A DNA stretch of 47,894 bases from a virus. The notes beneath the pieces were generated by a model. It searched no databases. It was not told the DNA's origin and saw nothing but the letters and a program-made list of their open reading frames with translations. The DNA lies in IMG/VR virus record IMGVR_UViG_3300031234_000013; one strand, written 5' to 3'. Position 1 is the stretch's first letter. Each line of letters begins with the position of its first letter. A program made the translations under genes and the position numbers. This document shows positions 17,738 to 26,751 of this stretch, in pieces.

Positions 17738-19428
17738 TAACTATGACCTATTGTTATTTCTGCTTGGAAACCTAAAAGACAGAAGTTGGCATTCATGGTA
17801 GTTGATATTCTGAATATCATGCCAAACCTAGAACTTCCTAATCTGGTTTCATATATACGTCCACCCTGTGGTGGTACAGTATAAGTATTAACTAATTGCC
17901 AAGTAGCGCCGTTATCTGCACTCTTTTCCAATGTGAAAGTTTCATTACTTCCTACACCCGTCTGTACGTCTATCTGCATACGGCTAAAGAATACTCTCTT
18001 ACCGCCAGCGTATGTTCCTTGTGGAGAACTTACAAATTGTCGTAGAATTGGAGTACCATTCTCAGTGAAGTTCTTATCATCAAGGTAATATATCTTACCG
18101 CTATTGAAGTCTCCTACTAGATTCTTTCCATAGCAAAAAGCTTCACAGTTAGCTAAGAATCTTCCGTACTGTCCGTCTACTAGAGACTTTCTGAAGTACC
18201 ATGCCCCTTTAGCCTGATCAGCTTGAATAGTCTTAGGTGTATCATATACTAATGTGTAGTTACCGCTTGGGGATGTCAGAGTGTATAGTTCATGTCCATC
18301 TAAGTTAGCTAAGAATGCAAAACAGTCGTTTATTGGAAATGTATTAGATAACAATGTATCTATAGGGGGTGTTGATACTGGAGAAGGGTTATAGTAGTAA
18401 ATACGTGGTTGAGTCTGGAATACACTGTATCCACCGTTACTATTGGCAGATAAGAATATAAAGTAGTTTCCATTAACACCTATAGTATCACTGGCTGGGC
18501 ATCCATAATGTAGGAATGTTGAACTATCTCTAGTGAAGGGGAAGAACTCACCACCTGTATTTAAATCTGTTTCTGTGGTGTCAGTACCAAAAAACCACAA
18601 TCTTCCTTCGTGTGATAGAACACCAGTAATGTTGTCTGGCTGTCCAAATTTAGATGCAAAGTTCAATGGATCCCATGTAGTGGTATCACTTACATTACTA
18701 ATCTGGTACGTCATTGAGTTCTTTAATACAGCAATAGCATAATCATCCTGATTTTCTATGTCAATAGCTGTTAGTGGTGGATTAGTTTCACCTGTTGACG
18801 CTTGTAAAGTGCAACCTGTACCTGTAGGATCTGTAACTATAGCTGTAGGATTAGTATAATTAGATCCACCATTTACCATATTAATTGATACTACACCGCC
18901 AGCAGATACTGAAGCAGTAGCGCTTGCTCCTGAACCTGTAGGGTCTGTTATAACTACAGTAGGGTCTTGTGAGTAGAATGTCCCAGAAGTTAGTACTTGT
19001 ATCGAAGATACGAACTGAGTAACTTGTGGTATATTGAAAACATTAGTACCAACATTATACGTATACAATGATGTACCGTCTATCATGAACACCTGGTGGT
19101 TGTTATCATTACCTCCTGTGATTGCTCTAATCTTGCAACGACCAGATGAAGTTTCTAACGCAGCAATAGGAGTTAGAGTACCATTAGAAGATACACTACC
19201 GAATACTGCACCAGCTATACCATACAATACACCATTTAGTGCATATAATGCTCTAACTGAATCCTGCCCAGTATCGCAGAACAGAGTAAGTCCGTGCATA
19301 GGATAAGCTACAACCTTATACTTACCTTTAGCAGGATCTTGTTCTAAATACATATTTGTAAGCTGTGCCTGATTCTGGTCAGGAGCTTTAGATAAGTATG
19401 ATTGATCCAGCAAATCTAATAATGCCAC
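17737..19428 (-). CDS. Tail tube/nozzle-type structural protein (phage-stabilisation-protein-like)
   Basis: 563 aa, position between the adaptor-like gene and the fibre. N-terminus SKAPDQNQAQLTNMYLE resembles that family. Confidence 0.5.
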   Translation of the reverse strand: MALLDLLDQSYLSKAPDQNQAQLTNMYLEQDPAKGKYKVVAYPMHGLTLFCDTGQDSVRALYALNGVLYGIAGAVFGSVSSNGTLTPIAALETSSGRCKIRAITGGNDNNHQVFMIDGTSLYTYNVGTNVFNIPQVTQFVSSIQVLTSGTFYSQDPTVVITDPTGSGASATASVSAGGVVSINMVNGGSNYTNPTAIVTDPTGTGCTLQASTGETNPPLTAIDIENQDDYAIAVLKNSMTYQISNVSDTTTWDPLNFASKFGQPDNITGVLSHEGRLWFFGTDTTETDLNTGGEFFPFTRDSSTFLHYGCPASDTIGVNGNYFIFLSANSNGGYSVFQTQPRIYYYNPSPVSTPPIDTLLSNTFPINDCFAFLANLDGHELYTLTSPSGNYTLVYDTPKTIQADQAKGAWYFRKSLVDGQYGRFLANCEAFCYGKNLVGDFNSGKIYYLDDKNFTENGTPILRQFVSSPQGTYAGGKRVFFSRMQIDVQTGVGSNETFTLEKSADNGATWQLVNTYTVPPQGGRIYETRLGSSRFGMIFRISTTMNANFCLLGFQAEITIGHS

Positions 19429-19430
19429 TA

Positions 19431-20396
19431 TTAATTTCTCTCATTATAGTTTGAGTAGTAATCATAATTTGGAACTATATGCAGAGAACTTGGCTCACTA
19501 TCGTACATAGACATTTCTGCTAAGCTAGATTGTGCAATAGTGCTAATATCAGGATTAAGCTTAGATGTAGCAATACCATAAGCTGCTGCTACTCTTACTG
19601 CTAAATTATATGTAATACATTCTAACCATTCTTGAGGTAGATCTGGACTATCTGCTGTAGTATTAAAGTCATCTATCCTTCTAACGTAAGATATGCGTAT
19701 GCAGTCCCCACAGCTATCTGCTACAGGCCAAACATAGAAAAAGGAATCATTCACCTTAGGAGCATAAAAAGCGGCAACAGCTTTACCAGTTTGAGTCTTA
19801 TTTGGTAGATACATGAACTGGGTACGTCCTTGCATTTCAATAGGACGTTCAAACCCACCACCTTGCGCCCAGAAGCGCGCATTTATTATCTGTAAAGGTC
19901 TGTCTAATCTAGTTGTGAATGAGAATACACTGCCACCAGCCAGAGCTTGAGCATTCAAATTAGCAACTGTTGTTATAGTATTAACGTCAGGGATGGTTGC
20001 TACAGTTGTCCATTGTAGGACATTTGTACTCAATTGTATGCCTATATTGTCCCCTATAGATATGCCAACGGTAGATTGTACAGATAACGTATTACCACTA
20101 GCATTAACAGTAAGTGAGTTAAATATAGGGTCTACACCTCCTACATCTGTATCTGTTGCACCAGTTCTATAGCTTTGCTGGCCTACTGTAAGGAATATAG
20201 CAGCTTCATTAGCAGTCCATAGATGTATTCCCTGGCCTTCCCAGTTCTTAACCATTTTGTTAAGTATATTCATGCAGAATGTGGTATCTGCTGCTGAGAC
20301 GGTATCTCCCTGACCGTATACGCCTAAAAGTGTTAAACTGTCAGCTATAATCTCTGCTGCAGTCTGCGAAAATGATGTATTGCCTGAGTTACTCAT
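19431..20396 (-). CDS. Tail adaptor / tail tubular A-like structural protein
   Basis: 321 aa, synteny only. Confidence 0.4.
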   Translation of the reverse strand: MSNSGNTSFSQTAAEIIADSLTLLGVYGQGDTVSAADTTFCMNILNKMVKNWEGQGIHLWTANEAAIFLTVGQQSYRTGATDTDVGGVDPIFNSLTVNASGNTLSVQSTVGISIGDNIGIQLSTNVLQWTTVATIPDVNTITTVANLNAQALAGGSVFSFTTRLDRPLQIINARFWAQGGGFERPIEMQGRTQFMYLPNKTQTGKAVAAFYAPKVNDSFFYVWPVADSCGDCIRISYVRRIDDFNTTADSPDLPQEWLECITYNLAVRVAAAYGIATSKLNPDISTIAQSSLAEMSMYDSEPSSLHIVPNYDYYSNYNERN

Positions 20397-20399
20397 TAA

Positions 20400-20789
20400 T
20401 TAGCCCTGAGGAAAGAATGCAAAATTGAAGGGAACAGTGTCATATCCGCCCCACGGGTACGCCCAGTTATTCCATAATATGTTAGGTACGAGTGTTCCAT
20501 TAAGCTCATACTGTTTTCCCCATATACCTAATCCGTCAGTGATACCTTGTACGAATTGTGGTGAAGGTCTTGGAAGTGCAAAAGGAATAGGTAAACTATC
20601 CATTGGTACTGGTATTGGCATAGTGACTGGGTGTCTAGGCTCCCAGCACCTACTACATACACGTAGTCCTGTCCACTCTACCTTAATCTCACTACGTTTA
20701 ACTTTACGTGCGCAGCGCATACAAATGGCGTTAGCAGAACCAACCGCACCATAGTTTGCATCTACTGGTAAACCATAATCGTTAGACAT
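20400..20789 (-). CDS. Zinc-ribbon structural-module protein
   Basis: CMRCARK..(17 aa)..CSRCWEPRHP. Confidence 0.5.
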   Translation of the reverse strand: MSNDYGLPVDANYGAVGSANAICMRCARKVKRSEIKVEWTGLRVCSRCWEPRHPVTMPIPVPMDSLPIPFALPRPSPQFVQGITDGLGIWGKQYELNGTLVPNILWNNWAYPWGGYDTVPFNFAFFPQG

Positions 20790-20943
20790 CTGCGTTTAAG
20801 GCCTGATAATCAGTTATTTCATGACATACAACAATATCTGATACGTTCTTTTCACATATCATATGTACGTCTGGTTCATCACAGAAAGCATTAATAGCTA
20901 GTAATAATATAACTACAAATAACACAATTCTTAACAAGTTCAT
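20782..20943 (-). CDS. 53-aa secreted or lipoprotein-like peptide
   Basis: GGAGAG SD. N-terminus MNLLRIVLFVVILLLAINAFC. Overlaps both neighbours. Confidence 0.4.
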   Translation of the reverse strand: MNLLRIVLFVVILLLAINAFCDEPDVHMICEKNVSDIVVCHEITDYQALNADV

Positions 20944-22181
20944 TATATAACTCTCCATGCAGCTATTAGTCCGCTTACTGTACCAGCACCAGCAGCAAAT
21001 ACGTTCTTAGCTACTAAGAATACAGTTGTAGTTGTTGATATGTTAAGTATCTGATTAGGTGGAGTAGCTCCATATTGTACGTTAGCAGTAACGCCCTGAC
21101 TAGCTCCAGCAGTACCGCATAAGCTAGGATCCTGTAGCGTTGCACTGGTAGTGCTAAAACTTGCAGATATAGATGTAGCAGTTGATAAACTTACTGAGCT
21201 CGTGAATAATATTCCACCATATACACACCATACTCCAGGAGTTAGAGATATAGAGGTAACGTTAATAGCTGTACCGGCAATTGACACTGCAGAAGATGAT
21301 GGTATTTGAGAACTAATCACTTCTCCAACAAAACCAGCAGTCTGTGCTACACCAGACGTTCTACCGAATATATTAGTACCAAAAGTTCCCTTTGACTGTA
21401 AGTTAATAGCTATATTTGTATCAGTACCAGTTGCGCTTATGGTAGGAGCATGGGAAGTAGCCGCATTATCAATAGTTAGTGCATTAACTGCAGAAGAGGT
21501 TGGTGACAGGTTTAATATTACATTGCCATTAGTATCTTCAATATCAGCAATCTTAGGGTTAGTTAAAGTCTTATTAGTAAGAGTTTCAACATTTGCCAAA
21601 GTGCTTAAAGTACCAGTAGTAGGCAGAGTAACAGCAGTATTATTAGTAGATGTAAAGTTTATACCAAATGCGCCAATAGTGGTTAAACTTCCAGCTAAAG
21701 TTAATACATTTGACCCATTATTTACACCTGTACCGCCTAGAGCTGGTGTTACTGGAAATGCAATTTCTGCAACCTGTGCTGCAGATCCTGTAGTATTTCC
21801 TAAAAAACTGTTAGCCGCTACAGTCTGAATCTTAGCATACGTTACAGCGTTATTTGAGATATTTGTGGTGCCAACAGTACCAGTAAATGTGCCAGTTACA
21901 GTTAAATTACCTGTTACTGATGAATTACCAGCTACTGCAGTATTACCTGAGAAAAGTGTATTAGGAGTAACAGTTAATGTAGAAACTGTAGTTAACCCTA
22001 ATGTAGTACCATTAAATGACACATTAGAGCAGTTAACTTGACCAGTAGACAGTCCTAGAGCTGTGCTTAAACCATTACCATCAGATATCTGCTGTACTGT
22101 ACCAGTTATACCTGTGTTGTTAGGGGTTATTAAAAACCCACCTAACGTTGCATTTACTAGCTGACCTGAAAGCTGAGCCAT
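20943..22181 (-). CDS. Fibre or spike-like structural protein
   Basis: 412 aa, T/S/N/G-rich beta-type composition, NISNNAVTYAKIQ motif common in fibre proteins. Confidence 0.55.
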   Translation of the reverse strand: MAQLSGQLVNATLGGFLITPNNTGITGTVQQISDGNGLSTALGLSTGQVNCSNVSFNGTTLGLTTVSTLTVTPNTLFSGNTAVAGNSSVTGNLTVTGTFTGTVGTTNISNNAVTYAKIQTVAANSFLGNTTGSAAQVAEIAFPVTPALGGTGVNNGSNVLTLAGSLTTIGAFGINFTSTNNTAVTLPTTGTLSTLANVETLTNKTLTNPKIADIEDTNGNVILNLSPTSSAVNALTIDNAATSHAPTISATGTDTNIAINLQSKGTFGTNIFGRTSGVAQTAGFVGEVISSQIPSSSAVSIAGTAINVTSISLTPGVWCVYGGILFTSSVSLSTATSISASFSTTSATLQDPSLCGTAGASQGVTANVQYGATPPNQILNISTTTTVFLVAKNVFAAGAGTVSGLIAAWRVI

Positions 22182-22186
22182 TAAGA

Positions 22187-22639
22187 TTATCCTGCAATAG
22201 GTAGTGTATTAGCTGCTACAAGAACTTTAAGTACAATAGTGATAACATCACCTGCTGCAGCACCTGTCGTAGTAATAGTTATATTACCTGTATTGCCTGC
22301 ACCAGCAGTTGACTGTATGCCACCAAATGAACAGAAATCTGAGTCTACAGGATTAGTCTTTGCTGGTATGTCTAAGGCTACTACTGGCGTTGTAGCATCA
22401 AAGTTTAATACTGCTAGGGGTGAAGTACCAGAACTTGAGAATGATGCGTATATGTGTAAAATAGATGCAGCATTAGCTGTAGTCAAGAATAGGCCTGGGT
22501 AAGCAGTTTGTAGATTAGTTAGAACAGTTGCTGCATTATACACTACTGAATTAGTTAACTGCGTAGGGCCGGTAGCTATTGTAAAGGTAGAATAGGCCAC
22601 AACTTCTCGTAAGCCTGTTATTTGGTAAGTTGTAGCCAT
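22187..22639 (-). CDS. Structural protein (150 aa, T/A-rich)
   Basis: Synteny downstream of the capsid gene. Confidence 0.5.
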   Translation of the reverse strand: MATTYQITGLREVVAYSTFTIATGPTQLTNSVVYNAATVLTNLQTAYPGLFLTTANAASILHIYASFSSSGTSPLAVLNFDATTPVVALDIPAKTNPVDSDFCSFGGIQSTAGAGNTGNITITTTGAAAGDVITIVLKVLVAANTLPIAG

Positions 22640-22667
22640 TAGTTATGTACCTATATTAAGAATTAGT

Positions 22668-22690
22668 GGCAGGATTTTATATCTCCTGCC
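22668..22690 (-). terminator. Hairpin after gene 22697..23125 (partial terminator or stabiliser)
   Basis: GGCAGGA (22668-22674) pairs with TCCTGCC (22684-22690). No clean U-tract. Confidence 0.35.
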
Positions 22691-22696
22691 TAGATA

Positions 22697-23125
22697 TTAG
22701 TAAGTTACGTATGTAGTTAAAGATGTAGCAATAACATTTGTATTAGCACTAGCAGCATAAGAAACACCTGTTGCACCTGCTGTACCATTAATAGTAACGC
22801 CGCCTGCAGCAAATAATGTTCCTGCATTAGCTGAAACATTGTTGATTACGAATTTCTGACCAGTTAAAGATGGTACTGGTAAGAAAATAGCATCACTAGC
22901 ATTAGCAGTAGTTACTTTAGAGATATTTGTAGTGATTGCAGTAGCACCAGCTAATGTATGCGTAGTAGAAGCTGTAATTGAAGCTAAAGATTCACCTAAA
23001 GAAATGTAATCTGACCCTATATGAACAGTTACTACGCCTGTCGTTGAGAAATCAGGACGTGTATCTGATGGTACTAGAACTTCTAAACTTACTGTGGAAC
23101 GGACTGGATCTGTAAATGTACTCAT
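22697..23125 (-). CDS. Structural protein (142 aa, T/A/S-rich)
   Basis: Synteny. Own intergenic regions with hairpins on both sides. Confidence 0.5.
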   Translation of the reverse strand: MSTFTDPVRSTVSLEVLVPSDTRPDFSTTGVVTVHIGSDYISLGESLASITASTTHTLAGATAITTNISKVTTANASDAIFLPVPSLTGQKFVINNVSANAGTLFAAGGVTINGTAGATGVSYAASANTNVIATSLTTYVTY

Positions 23126-23216
23126 TATATTTATACCTATTATTTGTTTTAGTTATTACCCTGTCCTTAGAGTTCGATTTGCTTTGTAACTATTAACTAC
23201 TTCTTAATGTGAGGAA

Positions 23217-23237
23217 GGACACGAGTCCATCGTGCCC
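23217..23237 (-). terminator. Hairpin immediately downstream of the major capsid gene
   Basis: On the minus strand, GGGCACGA-tggac-TCGTGTCC forms 8 bp with one G-U pair. Confidence 0.45.
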
Positions 23238-23258
23238 TGTCTCATTAAGCTTTAACGG

Positions 23259-24176
23259 TTATGCACCAGCAGCTTGGAAAGCTCCTAAGTAGCAAACCCA
23301 ACCAGCAGATACACGCATGCACTTAGAGAAAGCCATGTTTTTAGTATCGAACTCGTTGTCTGATTCTACATCACCTGAGAAACGGTCATAGAACTTTAAG
23401 CCGTCCATTACATCTGTCTTGACAATATAAGCAGTCGTTGACGAGATGTACGGTGTAGCTACAACTTCTTTGAACACACCAGCATCTTTCAGGTAGTTAG
23501 GATCATTGTTAGTCGTGCCAACACGCAAATCACTGTCTAAGATACGACGAGCTTGAGGTATCAAAGTAGTGTTGATAATGAGTTTTTGAGGCTCAATATT
23601 TGCACGTTTGCCACGTAAATCTAATGCCAGACGAATCTGAGTAGTTAACGCTTCCAGGCTAGCTTCAGATAAAGCAGCATTGGTAGAGATAATATTAGAT
23701 TGTACTGGGCCTTGACCTTGTGGATGGGATGCACTAAATAAACTAACGCCATCGCCACCATCTTGTAATACAGATGATACTGCGCCATTGTTAATTACGT
23801 TAGCTGCTAAGATGTTACGGGTTTCAGTTTCCGCTTCAGCCAGCATTCTGGTGAAACGACGGGCTTGCTTCATCGTCTTACCATCTTGCATCATTTCCAT
23901 TGAGATTTTGAATCCTAATGCCCATGTATCATGTGTGAAACGTGGGGTATAGAACTGTCTAGAAGTATCAAACATTAAAGTTTGACCTTCACCTTTTTTC
24001 TGCATCGTGCTCATTGGAATCAGAACACCATCTACTTCATAAGCATCATCGGAGCTTTCAATCTCCATGATTCTGCCGACTAAATCGTCTTGAAGTTTCA
24101 GGTCATCCCCATGCCATTCATTGATAATTGGCAGTAGGTCTGAAGGAAATGAGGAACGCATGATTGGATTTGCCAT
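23259..24176 (-). CDS. Major capsid protein candidate
   Basis: 305 aa, located after the scaffold genes. Locally higher GC and codon bias, followed by a hairpin. Assigned by synteny. Confidence 0.65.
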   Translation of the reverse strand: MANPIMRSSFPSDLLPIINEWHGDDLKLQDDLVGRIMEIESSDDAYEVDGVLIPMSTMQKKGEGQTLMFDTSRQFYTPRFTHDTWALGFKISMEMMQDGKTMKQARRFTRMLAEAETETRNILAANVINNGAVSSVLQDGGDGVSLFSASHPQGQGPVQSNIISTNAALSEASLEALTTQIRLALDLRGKRANIEPQKLIINTTLIPQARRILDSDLRVGTTNNDPNYLKDAGVFKEVVATPYISSTTAYIVKTDVMDGLKFYDRFSGDVESDNEFDTKNMAFSKCMRVSAGWVCYLGAFQAAGA

Positions 24177-24193
24177 GATTTATTGCTCCTCGA

Positions 24194-24781
24194 CTATGAA
24201 TGTGAAACTGTAGATTCAATTGCAGCACCTGGAATTACAGGTCCTAACAACTTAACTAACAGGATTGCTCCGCCTGACTGACCTACTGCATTACTAGCGT
24301 CACGACGTACACCAATGATTTTTACATCATTAATAGACGCTGAAGCAGAAGCAGAGGTAAGCATGGTACCAGAAGTGTTACCAGTTGAAGCAACAATATT
24401 TAAAGGTGCGTTAAACATTGCGCCTACCTGTGCGGCAGTAACAACAGAACTAACAGCATCTTCTTGTACTTCATAGATAGCTTCTGGGTCATCACAAACG
24501 TCAATATATGCAGCAGTTGACGCTGGTAAGTTACCAGTGTACGGGAGAGCAGCGATAGGGCGGAACCCTACAACAACACCTAGAGGAACATGTCCAGATA
24601 CGAACGCCTGAACTACAGGTACTTGATTGGTTGGATCAAGAGCACCAGTAGCAGGTAACTGAACAACATCATTTTCGCCGAGAGCGGTAGAATTAGTAGC
24701 AGGAACATAATATTCCCTAATTCTTGGTTGTCCGCCACCGACACGGCTTACTAAACGTAAACCAAAACCAGTTGTAGCCAT
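24194..24781 (-). CDS. Head structural or decoration protein candidate
   Basis: 195 aa directly upstream of the capsid gene, with similar codon usage. Confidence 0.45.
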   Translation of the reverse strand: MATTGFGLRLVSRVGGGQPRIREYYVPATNSTALGENDVVQLPATGALDPTNQVPVVQAFVSGHVPLGVVVGFRPIAALPYTGNLPASTAAYIDVCDDPEAIYEVQEDAVSSVVTAAQVGAMFNAPLNIVASTGNTSGTMLTSASASASINDVKIIGVRRDASNAVGQSGGAILLVKLLGPVIPGAAIESTVSHS

Positions 24782-24833
24782 AATTTAAAAACTCCAAATT
24801 ATTATTAGTTAGTTTCCGTACGTTTTACGCATA

Positions 24834-25334
24834 TTAATTATATCTCTTGTCCATGCCTTCGTATTGAGTGTCCTCGATCTTAGACTTCAGTCTTTCGTTG
24901 TTCTGTTCGGCTTCTAATTCTTGCCTAGCCTGATAGAGATCTTCATCAATCTCATAAACGATTCCTGGTTGTGAAAGTCTGATACCTTGTTCAACTTGTA
25001 TGGTAGAACCCATACTGTTTTTTTGACTAAGTGATCCACTTCCAGCCTTCATATCTGGGTCAATCTTTACTACGTAGCCTAAACCTTCTAAGTATTGTCT
25101 AGTTGCCGGATCATCATTGTCTATGCGTAAACGCTTTCCTGGCGTTTTATATTTGTCGTCAATGTGTATACGGCTAACGAATTCAGTTTGTGATCGTCTA
25201 ACGATGCGTCTAAGTTCTTCTTTTGATACCTTGACTTTACCTGATGTAATGTCTTTTAACTTAATATCTTCTTCTAATATTTCTACTTTTTCTTCTACTA
25301 TTTCTACTTTTGTATCTTCTAATTTTTTATTCAT
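24834..25334 (-). CDS. Head-module protein (166 aa, acidic and basic termini)
   Basis: Synteny. Confidence 0.45.
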   Translation of the reverse strand: MNKKLEDTKVEIVEEKVEILEEDIKLKDITSGKVKVSKEELRRIVRRSQTEFVSRIHIDDKYKTPGKRLRIDNDDPATRQYLEGLGYVVKIDPDMKAGSGSLSQKNSMGSTIQVEQGIRLSQPGIVYEIDEDLYQARQELEAEQNNERLKSKIEDTQYEGMDKRYN

Positions 25335-26226
25335 CTCTGAGATCTCCGGTTAACTCTAATTGTGCAGCATATTGTTCGTTAGTCATCTTAGATCCATACT
25401 GTCTAGCCTGTGAAGCTAGTTCCTTCTGACGACTTGTTAATCTTGACGCAAGACCTGTTGAGGCACCTGTACTTGAACCACCTGTGCCAGATCTAAGAAC
25501 TTTAGGTTTTTCAGCCTGACGTTCATTTTCAAATCTTTTAGGGAATAGAACTTTAACTCTTTCAACTACACGAGCTAAATGTTCCTTTTGTGATATTTTC
25601 TCACCAGTTTCTTCAAGTTCTTCAGCAACTAGTAAGTCTAGAGCTTCTGCAGCCTTAACCATACGAATGTTTTCTTTAGTCTGGTTATTAAACCAAGTCT
25701 TATGTTCTTCCTGGAAATCTAACAATTCCTGAGTTATTGCTGGTTTTTCTGGTGCTATTGTTACTGGTTTTAAAGCTTCTGCAGCAACTTTCTTCTGCTC
25801 AACTTCAATAGCTCTAACCTTAACCAGGTCGGCTTCCATAACAGCACGTTCTTTTGCGTTTGTAAGCTCCTCCTGACGTTTACGATACGCAATGTCTGCA
25901 AGTTTAGCATTCTGTTCTGCTAATTCCCTTACAACTTTCTTAGTTTCTTCCTGTTCTTTCTTTAAAGCATCAATCTTTTTGAAGAATGATCCATCTTTAA
26001 CAAATTGTTCTGGAGACTTCTTTCCTGGGCCTTTAAAGTTAGGATCATATCCTTGCTTTAACGCTTCCTCCAAATGTGGGTCAATATCAGCTGCATCAAT
26101 AGGTTCATCTGAATACTCAGTATGTTCTTCATGTTTAGATACTACTTCTTTACCTTTCTTTTCCTCAATCCTTGCTAATTCAACTTTTAACTGTTCCTTT
26201 AATGTTTCTGGAGTATCTGCAGTCAT
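25327..26226 (-). CDS. Scaffolding protein candidate
   Basis: 299 aa, E/K-rich coiled-coil composition between the portal and capsid genes. Confidence 0.6.
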   Translation of the reverse strand: MTADTPETLKEQLKVELARIEEKKGKEVVSKHEEHTEYSDEPIDAADIDPHLEEALKQGYDPNFKGPGKKSPEQFVKDGSFFKKIDALKKEQEETKKVVRELAEQNAKLADIAYRKRQEELTNAKERAVMEADLVKVRAIEVEQKKVAAEALKPVTIAPEKPAITQELLDFQEEHKTWFNNQTKENIRMVKAAEALDLLVAEELEETGEKISQKEHLARVVERVKVLFPKRFENERQAEKPKVLRSGTGGSSTGASTGLASRLTSRQKELASQARQYGSKMTNEQYAAQLELTGDLRDE

Positions 26227-26230
26227 CTGA

Positions 26231-26551
26231 TTATTCCTCTACTACGGCTAATATATCTTTGTCCAACATTACTCTAATTTCATTCCCTTCTGAGTCTTCT
26301 TTGACTAGTTGTTTTCCTGCGTATCTTGCAAAAGCTATTACATCTCCAACCTTAATATCAGGCCTATTGCTTGCCAGTGAATCTGGGAACATATCTTCAC
26401 CTAAAGCAATAATAGTACCTTCCTCCTTAGCCATTGCTTCCTTTTCTATAGTAGACTGTACGAAAACTATACCGCCTGCTGACTTTTCAAACTCTTGTTT
26501 ATTAATCTTCACTATCAAGCATTGTCTTACTGGTCTGTACTTCTTCATCAT
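26231..26551 (-). CDS. groES: GroES-like co-chaperonin (Cpn10)
   Basis: RPVRQCLIVK..KSAGGIVFV..EEGTIIALGE..IKVGDVIAF..ILAVVEE aligns along the full length with bacterial GroES. Confidence 0.8.
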   Translation of the reverse strand: MMKKYRPVRQCLIVKINKQEFEKSAGGIVFVQSTIEKEAMAKEEGTIIALGEDMFPDSLASNRPDIKVGDVIAFARYAGKQLVKEDSEGNEIRVMLDKDILAVVEE

Positions 26552-26747
26552 TTATCCTCTCTTGAAGGAACATTCTAACTTCTTTTAATAATTCTAATGT
26601 ATAAATTTGACCTTTAAGTTGAGCCAAATCTTCGCCTAAATCTCTTATAACCTTACCGCTCAATACTATCTGTGTTACTCCGCCCCTATTAGCTTCAAGA
26701 TGTTCATCTATTAACTCTAAATATGCCCTAGTTACTGGGCTGTCCAA
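26502..26747 (-). CDS. Small protein between the portal and GroES genes (about 81 aa if it starts at TTG 26747)
   Basis: The open frame continues past the portal stop. The upstream part of track ORF 26502..26852 lies inside the portal gene, so the start is trimmed. Confidence 0.35.
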   Translation of the reverse strand: MDSPVTRAYLELIDEHLEANRGGVTQIVLSGKVIRDLGEDLAQLKGQIYTLELLKEVRMFLQERINDEEVQTSKTMLDSED

Positions 26748-26751
26748 CCAA

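Noticed and set aside
8838-22502. Numerous 60-130-aa plus-strand ORFs (for example 8838-9023, 10783-10971, 11404-11661, 15438-15776, 21439-21828, 22239-22502) and the minus-strand 13033-13368
   Set aside because: All lie inside long, well-supported minus-strand structural genes. Most are antisense and one is an alternative frame. Their low-complexity translations mirror the codon bias of the real genes.
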